Of a stretch of 64,000 nucleotides of DNA, positions 52,385 to 64,000 are shown one piece after another. Below the pieces are notes generated by a model that saw only the letters and a list, made by a program, of their open reading frames with translations, had not been told where the DNA came from and searched no databases. Within the stretch, counting starts at the first letter, position 1. The number at the start of each line of letters is the position of its first letter. Both the position numbers and the translations under genes were made by a program. The DNA is from Octopus sinensis (Eukaryota), in NCBI RefSeq assembly GCF_006345805.1, contig NC_043005.1, forward strand, positions 101,308,001 through 101,372,000, in the 5' to 3' direction.

Positions 52385-52835
52385 AACAGTCTTCAATGAC
52401 TATTTGCTGAACCTTCTTAATCAGGTCCTTGTTTCAGCTTGTGAATGGCCTGCATGAGCATGGCTCGCTCTTTACCAAGGTACAGCCATGTTCGAAGGGG
52501 TTGTACCACTCCTTGGTCTGAGTTTTGCCTGTAGCATCATTGCCAAAGGCCTGCTGTATATTCTGGCTGGTTTGTGCTTGAGTATGCCCAAGCTTTACAC
52601 AAAACTTGATGCAATATTTCTATTCATTGCATATGGTGAAAATGAAAACCCATTGAGCACAAACTGTATGTATACTCTAGGCATAACAGCTGGGAACTGA
52701 TGTGATCTACTGGTGTGAAAATTTCCATGCATGTGACGTTAAGAAGGTTAACAATGAACATTGTCTTAGTATGTGGCAGATGTGCAGAAATAATGAACAC
52801 TATGGATACACAGAAATTAGATTTTCTCAAATAGC
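52385..52835 (-). mobile_element. mariner transposase N-terminal relic
   Basis: KYCIKFCVKLGHTQAQTSQNIQQAFGNDATGKTQTKEWYNPFEHG..SEPCSCRPFTS*NKDLIKKVQQIVIED, matching the mariner HTH region. Confidence 0.8.
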
Positions 52836-53016
52836 CAAATGTCTTGCTAGAAGTTGTAAGTAATTTCTGTTACCTGGATGTCTTAATTAGCAATGGAGGA
52901 GGATGTTCTGGAGAAATAGTTGCCAGAAAAAGAATAGGTGGATAAAGTTCTGAGACCTGTTAATTCTGTTAGCACCAAATTCTCTCTTTCTCTCTCTTTC
53001 TCTCTCTCTCTCTCTT

Positions 53017-53054
<38 letters not shown>

Positions 53055-53057
53055 GTG

Positions 53058-53345
53058 AAAGGATAGCTGTATGATGCTTGTGTATGAACTGCAATGCAAC
53101 ATGGTAGTGAGACATGGACCTTGAATTTGGAGGACATTCAAAACGTTAGAGGAGACTTAAGCTAGTATGCTCTGATGGATGTGCAGTGTCAGTGTGCATA
53201 CATGCCAAATTGCAAACATGTTGAGAGAAAAATTTGACATGGGAGGAATCAGATGTAGCATGCAAGTGAGGCCTCTCGTGGTTTGATCATGTGATGTGGT
53301 GTGTATATGATGATAGCGGTTTAAAGAAGTACCGATCACTTAAAT
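53058..53345 (+). mobile_element. Degenerate RTE ORF2 fragment
   Basis: LYDACV*TAMQHGSETWTL..ASML*WMCSVSV; same family as 11751. Confidence 0.7.
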
Positions 53346-56099
53346 TGGATCGAGCTTGTGGAAGCGAGGTAACCCAGGATGATGTGGGTTGAAGTGGTGA
53401 GGACTGATCCAAAGATGTTGAGCCCCATGAAAACAATGACAAAGGACTGAGATATCTGGTGATAGAAGTTTCTTGAGGGGACCTGCTCAGCTCATCAAAA
53501 CTGAGTTCTGTAAGTACTGTATGTGTTGTGCTGTCCACCCGCATCTTATACTGATTCGCCTCCCTCCTCACTGAACCGAAGTACCTCTTATGCTCTATGC
53601 CTGTTTCTCTCCACCTCTGCTCCTGCAGCCTACCCAGCATTATTATCTCTCACTTTTGTTCTCCCCTGTCAGCAGTATCATTACTGTCTTCTTGCTCTCC
53701 CCACCCACTACTCTCTTATATTTCCTATCTTCCCCAACTCGTCACTCATCGGGCATCACCCGTCAACTCTAACCATGTTTTGTTTTTACAGTTTCAGGTT
53801 ACTTTCTCATCTCCTACTCTCTCATCTCCACTTTCTCATCTCCTACTCCCAATAAAATCTTCCAAACCTCACCTCTCCCCTTGTGCCTTGTGGGGCCACT
53901 GAGACGCTTCATCTGCACTATCTCTTCGCAGCTCTTCCTTATTATTCTCTTCATCCCTTGCTAAATGTGTCTAACCATACACCACTTCTATAAGAAACTC
54001 CTCTGCTCTTACCCTCCCCTGATACTTGAACCACTTGTCCCCTTGCATACAACTGAATCTATTTCTCTCTGAGATTGTAATCCTACAAGCTAGCATGAAA
54101 AAACTCCTAATATATGTTGTAAGGTGGTTGGTGGTAGGAAGGGCATCCAGTCAAAGAAACCATGTCAAAGCAGACCCTGGAGCTTGATGCAGTTCTTGGG
54201 ACACATCAGTCCCTGTTAGACAATGTAGCTCATGCCAACATGGAACATGGACATCAAATGATGATGCTATTCTATTCTTTTTCCAGTTTCAGCCAAAGGT
54301 TGTGGCCATGATGACCCACTTTTCATCTTGCAGGGTGTCAAATAAACGCCCTCCTTTCTCAAGCAAGCTTAGTGGAGTTGCAGGTTTAGTTGCTGACGAC
54401 CCAACCACATGTGTTTGTGCATGTGAGTTATATGTATACACATGTGGATAAGTGTATTCTTTTATTCATTTATTTGTTTCTCGTTTCACTGCCTTTTAGT
54501 CAAAGAAATCGACCCCAGGACCTATTCTGTTGGTCTCTTGTGTAAACAGGACAAAAATTTCTTTCTGAAAGCGTCATATCATTGTTTTCTAAAAAAGATT
54601 TTAAATTGTTTATAACTTTTAAGAAAACCATTTGTCAAATATTGAGACTGCATCAAGTCACCATGATGTTCCATGCAGGCATGGGTTGAATGGCTTAGCA
54701 GGAATTAATGTGTTGAAGGACTGCATTGAGCTCCAATGTCAGCTCTAGTGTGGTTTCTATGGCTGGTTGCCTTTCCTAATGTCAGCCCCTTAACAGCATA
54801 AACTGGTTGTTTTTTGTTTTTTTTTTTTGCGTGTCACCTGCACTATTGAGGTTGCCATGCAGTTTGCAGAACTACAAGCCCTGGTAGTTGTGTGTCTTTT
54901 TGTGCCTGTTTGACAACTGGTGTTGGTGTGTTTATGTCCTTGTAATCTAGCGTTTTAGTAAAAAGAGCCGATGGAATAAGTACAATGCTTAAAGAGAAAA
55001 TTATTACTGGTGACAATTTGATTAACTAAAATTCAAGTCAGTGCTCCAGAATGGCTGAAGTCTTATGACTGAAACAAGTAAACAATAAAAGATACAAAGA
55101 TATATATATGTGTGTCTGTGTATGAATATACGTATAGAAATCTACATATATACACAAGTGCATGTATACACATATACATATAATACACACACACGCACAT
55201 ATATATATATACACACCACACACATACATACATAAAAGCATACATACATACATGCATACATACATACATAGATAAATACATGCATACATACATGTATGAA
55301 ACTACGCCAGACAGACCTTGCTGGTGGTTGTGTCATGTAAAAAGCACCCACTCCACTCTGTAAAATGGTTAGCATTCGGAAGGGCATCCAGCTATAAAAT
55401 CCATGCCAAAATAGACAGTGGAGCTTAGTGCAATCCTCTTGCTTGCTGACGCCTGTCAAACTGTCCAACCAGCATGGAAGATGGACGTTAAATGATGATG
55501 ATGGTGATATATCATATTACACTCACACACACCGTCATTATCTTCATCATCTTTTAATGTCTGGTTAGTTTAGGAAAGGCAAGAATGGCAAAACAGACTA
55601 AAATGTAAAAAAGAAAAAAATGGAAGTATGTACATATTTATCATCATCATTATCATCATTTAATGTCTGTTTCCCAAGCTGGCATGGGCTGGACGGTTTG
55701 ACAAAAGCTGGTGCTTTTACATGACACAGACACAAATGCTTTTACATGACACTCTTAATACATGTTGTAAAGTGGTTGGTAGGAAGGGCATCCAGTCAAT
55801 GCAGTTCTTGGACACATCAGTCCCTGTTAGACAATGTACCTCATGCCAACATGGAACATGGACATCAAATGATGATGCTATTCTATTCTTTTTCCAGTTT
55901 CAGCCAAAGGTTGTGGTCATGATGACTCACTCTTCATCTTGCAGGGTGTCAAATAAACACCCTCCTTTCTCAAGCAAGCTTAGTGGAGTTGCAGGTTTAG
56001 TTGCTGACGACCCAACCATGTGCTTTTGCATGGCACCAGCACCTGTGAACCCTCAAGACCAAGATCTCTTGGCTGAGAGGGATGTAGACAGCATGCCTG

Positions 56100-56515
56100 T
56101 ATGTCTGGATAACCAGTTTTATTTAGCTTGGCATGCCTTCTCAAGTATAGCAAACCACCAGAGGTCTTGATCCCTTGTCATCTCCTCTGTGAGGCCCCAA
56201 GCTGAAGATCTTTTCTGATCACTTCATCACACATCTTCCTGGATATAGCCCTTCCACAGGTTCCCTCCACAATTAGAGACCAGCACTTCTTTATGTAGCT
56301 GTCCTCATCTATTTGCATTAAACGACCATACCAGCACAGTCTTCTCTCTTACACACTACAATTGCTGCCCCTAATACCCAGTTTTACTCCTAAACCATTT
56401 ATACTTTGTTGTATATGCACACTGACATTCAGCAGAGCATACTGGCTTCTTTTGTTTCAAACCTTTGCATGTTTTCAGTAGTCATAGCCCATAATTCACT
56501 GCTATGCAGCTTAGC
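56100..56515 (-). mobile_element. Degenerate RTE ORF2 C-terminus
   Basis: Reverse complement is similar to 11751-12095; a more decayed copy lies at ~46660-46990. Confidence 0.7.
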
Positions 56516-56526
56516 TGTGCATACAC

Positions 56527-56565
<39 letters not shown>

Positions 56566-56801
56566 CTTGTGTTACATTTGGAAAAGAAGAGTATGTGTAT
56601 TTGATATATATTTATATATATATATATTATATATATATATATTATATATTTATATATATATATATGATCCGGTTCTTGACTGAAGATTAGAGGCTTCGAA
56701 TGACCCATCCGTTTTTGTATCGTCTATTTGAATGTTTTGCGTTCTTGTCCCATTTTGTATTTTTATATATATTTTTTATACATATACATATATATAAAAA
56801 T

Positions 56802-56993
56802 AAAGCTGGATCTCTTCCTGTCAGGAGTCCCAGATGAACCAACTTCACGGCAGGAGGTGCAGATGAGAGCAGCTGCACCAAATGTCAGTTGCTAAGAAGC
56901 ATTCGTGAAGTAAAATCATGTAGCAAAACCGAATGGCGGTGCCCCAGCATGGCCACAGCTCGTGAGCTGAAACTAGATGAAAAACTGAAATGA
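56802..56993 (+). mobile_element. 5'-truncated CR1-type LINE 3' end
   Basis: KLDLFLSGVPDEPTSRQEVQMRAAA, nearly identical to the C-terminus of 57915-59423. Tail ggcggtgccccagcatggccacagctcgtgagctgaaac. Confidence 0.85.
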
Positions 56994-57501
56994 ATATATA
57001 TGTGTGTGTGTGTGTGTGTGTGAAGTTGTTAAAGTAAACAGTTATGATAAAAATTTGCACAATGACTTCAGAGTAAAATCTCTTAAAGCAGTTAGTCTGC
57101 ATTGAGTACCTCTGACTGTTACTCCCACTCTTTTTGTTGCTTTAGTTTTCTTCTGCCAGTGTAACAATGTGAAACGTACTGCATTTAGTTATATGTAAGA
57201 TAAGATTAGCCATGCATGCAGAAAGCAGAGTGAACTTTCAAGTTAAAAAGACAAACAGATCAACTAACTAGAGACACTGTTAGAGCAGGGATGTAGAAAC
57301 GCCATTGGGTAATTTAGAATATTTTAAACTGTTTCATTAAGCATTATGAGACAAATACCAAAAAAAAAAATAAACAAAAGGACTCCAGCTTCTTTCAAAT
57401 GATCTAGAACGTAAATTTTAAAAATTGGGACAAATTCAACAGCTTCAAATGCTAAAGTGTTACTCACAAAAAAATGTATGTGTATATATATATATATATA
57501 T

Positions 57502-57706
57502 ATCATCATCATCATTTAACGTCCGCTTTCCATGCTAGCATGGGTTGGATGGTTCAACTGGGGTCTGGGGAGCCCGAAGGCTGCACCAGGCCAGTCAGAT
57601 CTGGCAGTGTTTCTACAGCTGGATGCCCTTCCTAAAGCCAACCACTCCGAGAGTGTAGTGGGTGATTTTATGTGCCACCGACACAGGTGCCAGACGAGGC
57701 TGGCGA
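57502..57706 (-). mobile_element. Family C (RTE tail) copy, left arm of an inverted pair
   Basis: Near-identical reverse complement of 59950-60157. Confidence 0.9.
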
Positions 57707-57914
57707 TGTATATATATGTATATGTATATATATGTATGTATATGTATGTATATGTATGTATATGTTATGTATATGTATATATATGTATATGTATATATAT
57801 GTATATGTATATATATGTATATGTATATATATGTATATGTATATATATGTATATGTATATATATGTATATGTATATATATGTGTATATGTATGTATATAT
57901 ATGTATATATATGT

Positions 57915-59423
57915 ATCCTTAAATCCTTAAAAATGTTTTAGCCCGAAGGCCGTGGCCATGCTGGGGCACTACCGCTGAATGAGCTACACTAATATGTGAA
58001 TCCACCTCTGATACGTGGCACTTGATCAACAAGGGAGTTCGATGCTGCCGCCCGCATCTGTGTCTCCTGTCGTGAGGTAGGTTCATCTGGGACCCCCGAC
58101 AAGAAGAAATCTAGTTTAGTTTTAAAGAAACCCACATCCACACCATGCAAGTCTCTCAGGCATTTAGAGAGGATGTTAAAGAGCTGTGGTCCTCTGAAAC
58201 CTAAGCTGTTGCAGTATCTGGTCCTGTATTTTGATGGTGATGTTGGAATCTTTGGCACCATGCAGTGGCGCCCCGTTCTGCGGTTGGGGTAACTTTGAAA
58301 TCCAAAGTTTGGGAGAAGACCCTCCAGGATTTTCCAGATGTATATCACCACATATCTCTCCTGCCTTCACTCTAGGGAGAAGAGTTTTAATACTTTCAGT
58401 CTTTCCCAGTAGTTGATATGTTGCATTGTGACGATCTTCTTTGTGTAGCTTCTTTCAATTGCTTCGAGTTCTGCTGTTAGTTTTATATTGTGTGGTGACC
58501 ATAGTTGGGAGCAGTAGTCCAAGCGGCTGAGGACAAAAGTTTTCCAGAGGACCATCAGTGTCTCCTTCTCTCTTGTTCTGAAAGTTCAGAGAATCCATCC
58601 AGCTAGCCGTCTGCATTTTATCACCAGATTAGTAATATGCACTTGGAAAGATGCATCATTGCTCATGTCAATGCCCAGGTCACGCACTGATTTTGACTCA
58701 GGGATTGCAATTCTTCCCGGGCCAGTGTATCCAGTCTTCATGTTGTTTACCTTTGTGTGCTGGTAGTGCAGGGCCTGGAACTTACCTGCATTAAACTGCA
58801 TGTTGTTGTCCTCAGCCCACCTGTATATTGTATCCAACTCCTGTTGCAGATGTGCAATATATCCTGGGTTTTGTATTGTGTGGGAGACTTTTGTGTCATC
58901 TGCATAGCTAGCAAGGGTGGCCATCTTAGCAACTGAGGGCATTTCTGAAAGGGCCACTATGAACAGCAGTGGCCCCAAGACAGTGCCCTATGGAACACTG
59001 CTTGTTATTTGTGTTTCCTTGGAGGTGGCTCCATTGGTCTCAACTGCCTGCCTTCTATCTTTTAGGAAGTTGTGCAGCCACTCTCCAAGTTTTCCGCCTA
59101 TGCCGAGACCACGCAGTTTGTGACAAATCATACCGTGGTCGACTTTATCAAAGGCTTTTGCAAAGTCGAGATATATCACATCCACATTTGAGCCGTTTAG
59201 TAGCTGTTTTAACACCCAGTCGTAGTGTTGCAGGAGCTGTGTTAGGCAGCTTCTACCTGGTCGAAATCCATGCTGGGTGTCAGTCAGCAAGTCATTTTCT
59301 TCAAGGAACATGATTAGTTTCTTGCGGACTATTCGTTCAATGACTTTGCTGATGTGTGAGGTCAGAGAGATAGGCCTATAATTTTTAGCATCTGCTCTGC
59401 TTCCTCCCTTATGGATAGGGCAT
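57915..59423 (-). mobile_element. CR1-clade LINE, 5'-truncated ORF2 (RT domain to 3' tail), three in-frame stops
   Basis: [69 protein letters not shown]. Four track ORFs lie in one frame. Confidence 0.95.
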
Positions 59424-59949
59424 TTATGTATATGTATATATATGTATATTTATGTATATGTATATATATGTATATTTATGTATATGTATATATATGTATA
59501 TATATGTATGTATATGTATATATATGTATATATATGTATGTATATGTATATATATGTATGTATATATATATGTTATATATATGTATATTTATGTATATGT
59601 ATATATATGTATATATATGTATGTATATCTATATATATATGTATATATATGTATGTATATGTATATATATGTATGTATATATATATGTATATATATATGT
59701 ATATATATGTATATATATATGTATATATATGTTATGTATATATATGTATATGTATATTATATATGTATATATATATGTATATGTATATATATGTATATGT
59801 ATATGTATGTATATATATGTATATATATATATATATTATATGTATATATATGTATATGTATATATATATGTATATGTATATATATGTATATGTATATATA
59901 TATGTATATATATATATATATAATGTATATATATGTATATATATATATT

Positions 59950-60157
59950 TCGCCAGCCTCGTCTGGCACCTGTGTCGGTGGCACATAAAATCACCCACTA
60001 CACTCTAGGAGTGGTTGGCGTTAGGAAGGGCATCCAGCTGTAGAAACACTGCCAGATCTGACTGGCCTGGTGCAGCCTTCGGGCTCCCCAGACCCCAGTT
60101 GGACCGTCCAACCCATGCTAGCATAGAAAGCGGACGTTAAACGATGATGATGATGAT
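59950..60157 (+). mobile_element. Family C (RTE tail) copy, right arm of the inverted pair
   Basis: Same truncation point as 57502-57706; (gat)n tail. Confidence 0.9.
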
Positions 60158-60233
60158 GATATATATAATGTATATATATGTGTATATATATGTATATATA
60201 TATATATATTTATATATATAATGTGTATATATA

Positions 60234-60280
<47 letters not shown>

Positions 60281-60316
60281 ATGTGTATATATATATGTAT
60301 ATATATATGTGTGTAT

Positions 60317-60358
<42 letters not shown>

Positions 60359-61049
60359 TATATGTGTATATATACATATATATATGTGTATATATACATA
60401 TATATATGTATATATATATATGTATATATACACACACACACACACAAAGACATGTAGGGTATCATCGTATTATACATATTGAGGTGTTTGTGTGTGTATA
60501 GAATGCTTTACATTGGTTTGATTTTATTATGTCCTATAGTGTCTGTGTGTAAGCATACATATGCCATGCATGTAGGAAGAATGTTGGTAAAACATGCGAC
60601 TTGAATGGCGCGCAAACATCAATAATGGAAAATGTAAAGTAAAGCAATAAGATGAATTGCAATTATGTTAAAAGAACTGGCATTTATAAAGCAATGAGAA
60701 ATTACTATGTAAATATTGCAAATAAATTTTAATACATCCACACACACTCACGCTACAATACATTTTTAATACAGTTAGTATTTGTTACTAAACACAATGT
60801 CATCATAAATATTGTCATCCTATTTGCATTTGTAGTGAAAAATTGGGTCAATCTTATTCATATCATTGACACCCTTTTGATGCAAATTGAACAAAAGATG
60901 TATATTTTTTGTTTATATATAACATGCAGTTATCTAATATCTTGATACACAGAAAATGAAAGTAAAGTGAAAGTAGCTGATATGTAGATATAGAATGACA
61001 ATATAATCTTAGTATTACTTATGTTAAAGCAATGGGCATACATACACAA

Positions 61050-61482
61050 ATGTGCCCCACTGATTTTGTTTCCTTATAACTTCCAGAAAAACAAAGTTTT
61101 AAATGAAATATTTTACAAATATGCTTCAGATGGTGTGGGTTCCAATTATATCCAAGTTGTGAAAAAGTATTTGTTTCAGGACAGTGGGGAGAGGAGTTTC
61201 AGAAAACTCACAGATAACTTTGTTTCCTCATAACTTTCAGAATAATGGGTACTTTGAATGCAAATTTTGACAAATACCATTCAGAGTGTGTAGAATAAAA
61301 TATCAGAATTTAAAAATACATAACTGACACATATCACATTTTTTTGCAGGGCGAAATGTATTTTACAAGAAATTCCAGTATAATCAGAATCTACACCATC
61401 TGAAGCCTATTTGTTGAAAATTTCAATAAAAAAATATCCATTTCTTTCTGAAAGTCATGAGAATAGAAATATGTTGGGACAT
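61050..61482. mobile_element. Degenerate MITE-like element with ~100-bp inverted arms
   Basis: aaatatgcttcagatggtgtggg (61116) versus ctacaccatctgaagcctattt (61391); a third internal copy lies near 61220. Confidence 0.5.
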
Positions 61483-61566
61483 GTATGTGTAGGTATGCTG
61501 CATCTGACTCTGGCCAGTTACTGTATATCATTGAGCATGCATTAGCAGAAGTCCATAGTAAACGTG

Positions 61567-61606
<40 letters not shown>

Positions 61607-62914
61607 TATAAGCAAGCAAGAAGCGTTGCTATGTGGGTCCGATTCTGGCTAGGGTCAGCTCATCATTTTTCAGTCAATTTATATATAAATGTCGCTTTAA
61701 ATCAGAATATATATATTATTATGATATCAAATCAGATGACAGTACCGCATGACTGGCATCCGTGCTAGTGGAGCACTAAGAGCACCATCCAAGCGTGATC
61801 GTTACCAGGGCTGCTGACTAGCTCCTGTGCCAGTGACACATAAAAGCACCATTCGAGTGTGATCGTTACCAGCATCGCCTCACTGGTACTTGTGCAAAAC
61901 AACATTGAGCGAGGTTGTTGCCAATACTGCTGGTCTGGCTCCTGTGCAGGTGGCATGTAAAAAACACCATTTGAGCATGGCCATTGCCAGTACCACCTGA
62001 CTGGCACGTAAAAGCACCCTCTACACTCTTGGAGCGGTTGGCATTAGGAAGGGCATCCAGCTGTAGAAACTCTGCCAGATCAGATTGGAGCCTAGTGCAG
62101 CCATCTGGCTTGCCAGTCCTCAGTCAAACGGCCAGCCCATACCAGCATGGAAAGCAGACATTAAATGAGGATATATTATTATAGTTATTTTTTCTGTGTG
62201 TGTATATATATATGTATATATATATATCCCTGCTGGTCATAAAGTGTTGCTACCATTTTAGCCTTCAAGTGTGTGTGTGTATAAATGTATATATATATTT
62301 GCACACACACATATATGTATATTTATGTTTACACGCACATTATTTAATGTACATAGTATAAAGATATAAGCCTTGAAAATGCAGTTCTAGATAGGTTTTT
62401 TTATATTGCATGATTGTGCCTCCAATGCATGAAACTTTTAATAGTTCATATCTTTATACTGTGTACATTAAATGCTTAATGGCACTTATATGGCTAAATA
62501 ATTTATTATGTCAATAAATGTTATATTATTATTATTATGGTTTTCTGTTAAATATAGACTTAATGTATGCTTAATATGTATCATTACCCATCATCTTCTG
62601 AAAAAAAATGTGTAGATAGGCTATTTTCATTCAAAAACTATTAGTATGGTTCACCAAAAACTGAAGAATAATAAAAAAGGGAGGATGTTACACAGAATAA
62701 TGAAAACATAATAATGGTGTTGCCACAGTGTGCCAACCAGGTGGGAAAAGTTTTATGAAAACCGATTCACAGAAAACCAAGAAATCCTAAATTTCACTCC
62801 TAAGCGTGGTTCTGGGTGTATATGCACACATAAACATATATACATGCATGAATATACACACGCACATATGCGTGCCCACATGCACAAGTTCCATATGCTG
62901 GAACACTGCTACTG

Positions 62915-64000
62915 CAATTTCACATCACCAGTGCTGCACAACGCTACCAAGATTGGTGAATTGGTTCACTTCTTGTATGTTGTGCTTTTTGGTTGTGATG
63001 GCTATTTCTTGGTCTCTGTTATTGGACTTCACCACATTTGTCTTTGTTGCAGTGATGTTTTCAACTCTTTTCAGATTTGCACTGTTGTGTGCTATCAATG
63101 GCATGTCATCAGTAAAGACTGGAATCCATAGAGAAAGCAGAGTCAGTCTTTTTCTAGAGAAAGTCAGCAGAACCTGCAGAGGAGAACATATGTAACCTTG
63201 CCTGACTCAGGAGACAATACTGAAGATCTCTGTCATTTCAGATTCAGTTTTTATGCAATAGCTTGTGTTATTGTGTAAACTTTTGGAGATGTTGATAGTG
63301 CTGCAGGATGCTTTATGACAAGGCATTGTTTCAGAGGAATTCCATTTGTACACTTGTGGTTGTAATGAAACTATCATCCAGTGGCTTCTGGTATTCAAAG
63401 CACTGCTCTCAGTGATGTTCAGTAGACTGAAAATCTGTTCTTTGCTTGACCAGTTGCTCCTGAAATCAACCTGGTCTTCCCACAGAACATAATCCAGTGC
63501 TTGTCATAGTCTTCTCAGCTGCACTTTGTAAAACTCCTTCAACCCAGGATCAACAGTAGTGTGATACCTCTTTATTAGTTATATATAGTCTGCTACATTT
63601 CTCTTCTGTAATTTCACACTCACCGCTTGCTACCAATCTTGATGGCCCCATGCTTCCTGCTAACAGTGATTCACTAATGTTGTCAATTCCACCGTCATAA
63701 TGCCCCTACCATGCTGCCACAACTTTGTAGAGATCTCTTCTGGTCCTACAGTCTTGTTTTTCCTGGCTTTGATAGCATCTCTCATTTCCTTTTCCTCAAT
63801 TTTGCCATCACATTTAAAGAGGTGTAGTCAATGGTTTCAAGGTGAAACCAGACATAGTTGGGGCTGACTGATTGAGTGTTTCCTGAAAATGTTGCATCCA
63901 TTTCTAGTGTTGCTCCCCCATCCACTGCCAAGATTTTACCATTCTTGCCTTTTACTGGAATATTTTCATTGCTCTTTGTACCACATTGTACAGAAGCAAA
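62915..64000 (-). mobile_element. Degenerate RTE LINE RT domain, runs off the window end
   Basis: KWMQHFQETLNQ..RGITLL..CIKTESEMTEIFSIVS*VRQGYICSPL..FTDDMPLIAH..EVNQFTNLGSVV. Confidence 0.8.

Overview
Eukaryotic, AT-rich, repeat-dominated non-coding DNA, most likely from an octopus (inferred from the SINE families, which resemble the octopus OK/OR1/OR2 tRNA-SINEs, and from the (TA)n/(CA)n density). I see no intact host protein-coding gene; nearly all ORFs in the track are microsatellite or SINE artefacts. The window holds about 25 copies of a tRNA/CORE-like SINE plus two further tRNA-SINE families. It also holds decayed CR1-, RTE- and RTE-X-type LINE fragments, hAT and mariner transposase relics, Tc1/mariner-, piggyBac- and Helitron-type non-autonomous elements, a 3'-truncated processed RPS5 pseudogene and a 100-N scaffold gap. 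The strongest signal is a set of hammerhead-ribozyme (HHR)-like motifs in short, mostly (TA)n-embedded, Penelope-like elements. These include a 546-bp-period tandem with two type-I hammerheads (retrozyme-like, 29.7-30.6 kb) and a tRNA-headed SINE-like element with an HHR tail (36.0-36.2 kb). Also notable are a covarying 3' stem-loop shared by the main SINE and a CR1-type LINE, several 5'-inverted or head-to-head retro-insertions, and an 88-bp target-site duplication. All alignments and folds were done by eye, and boundaries of degenerate elements are approximate.
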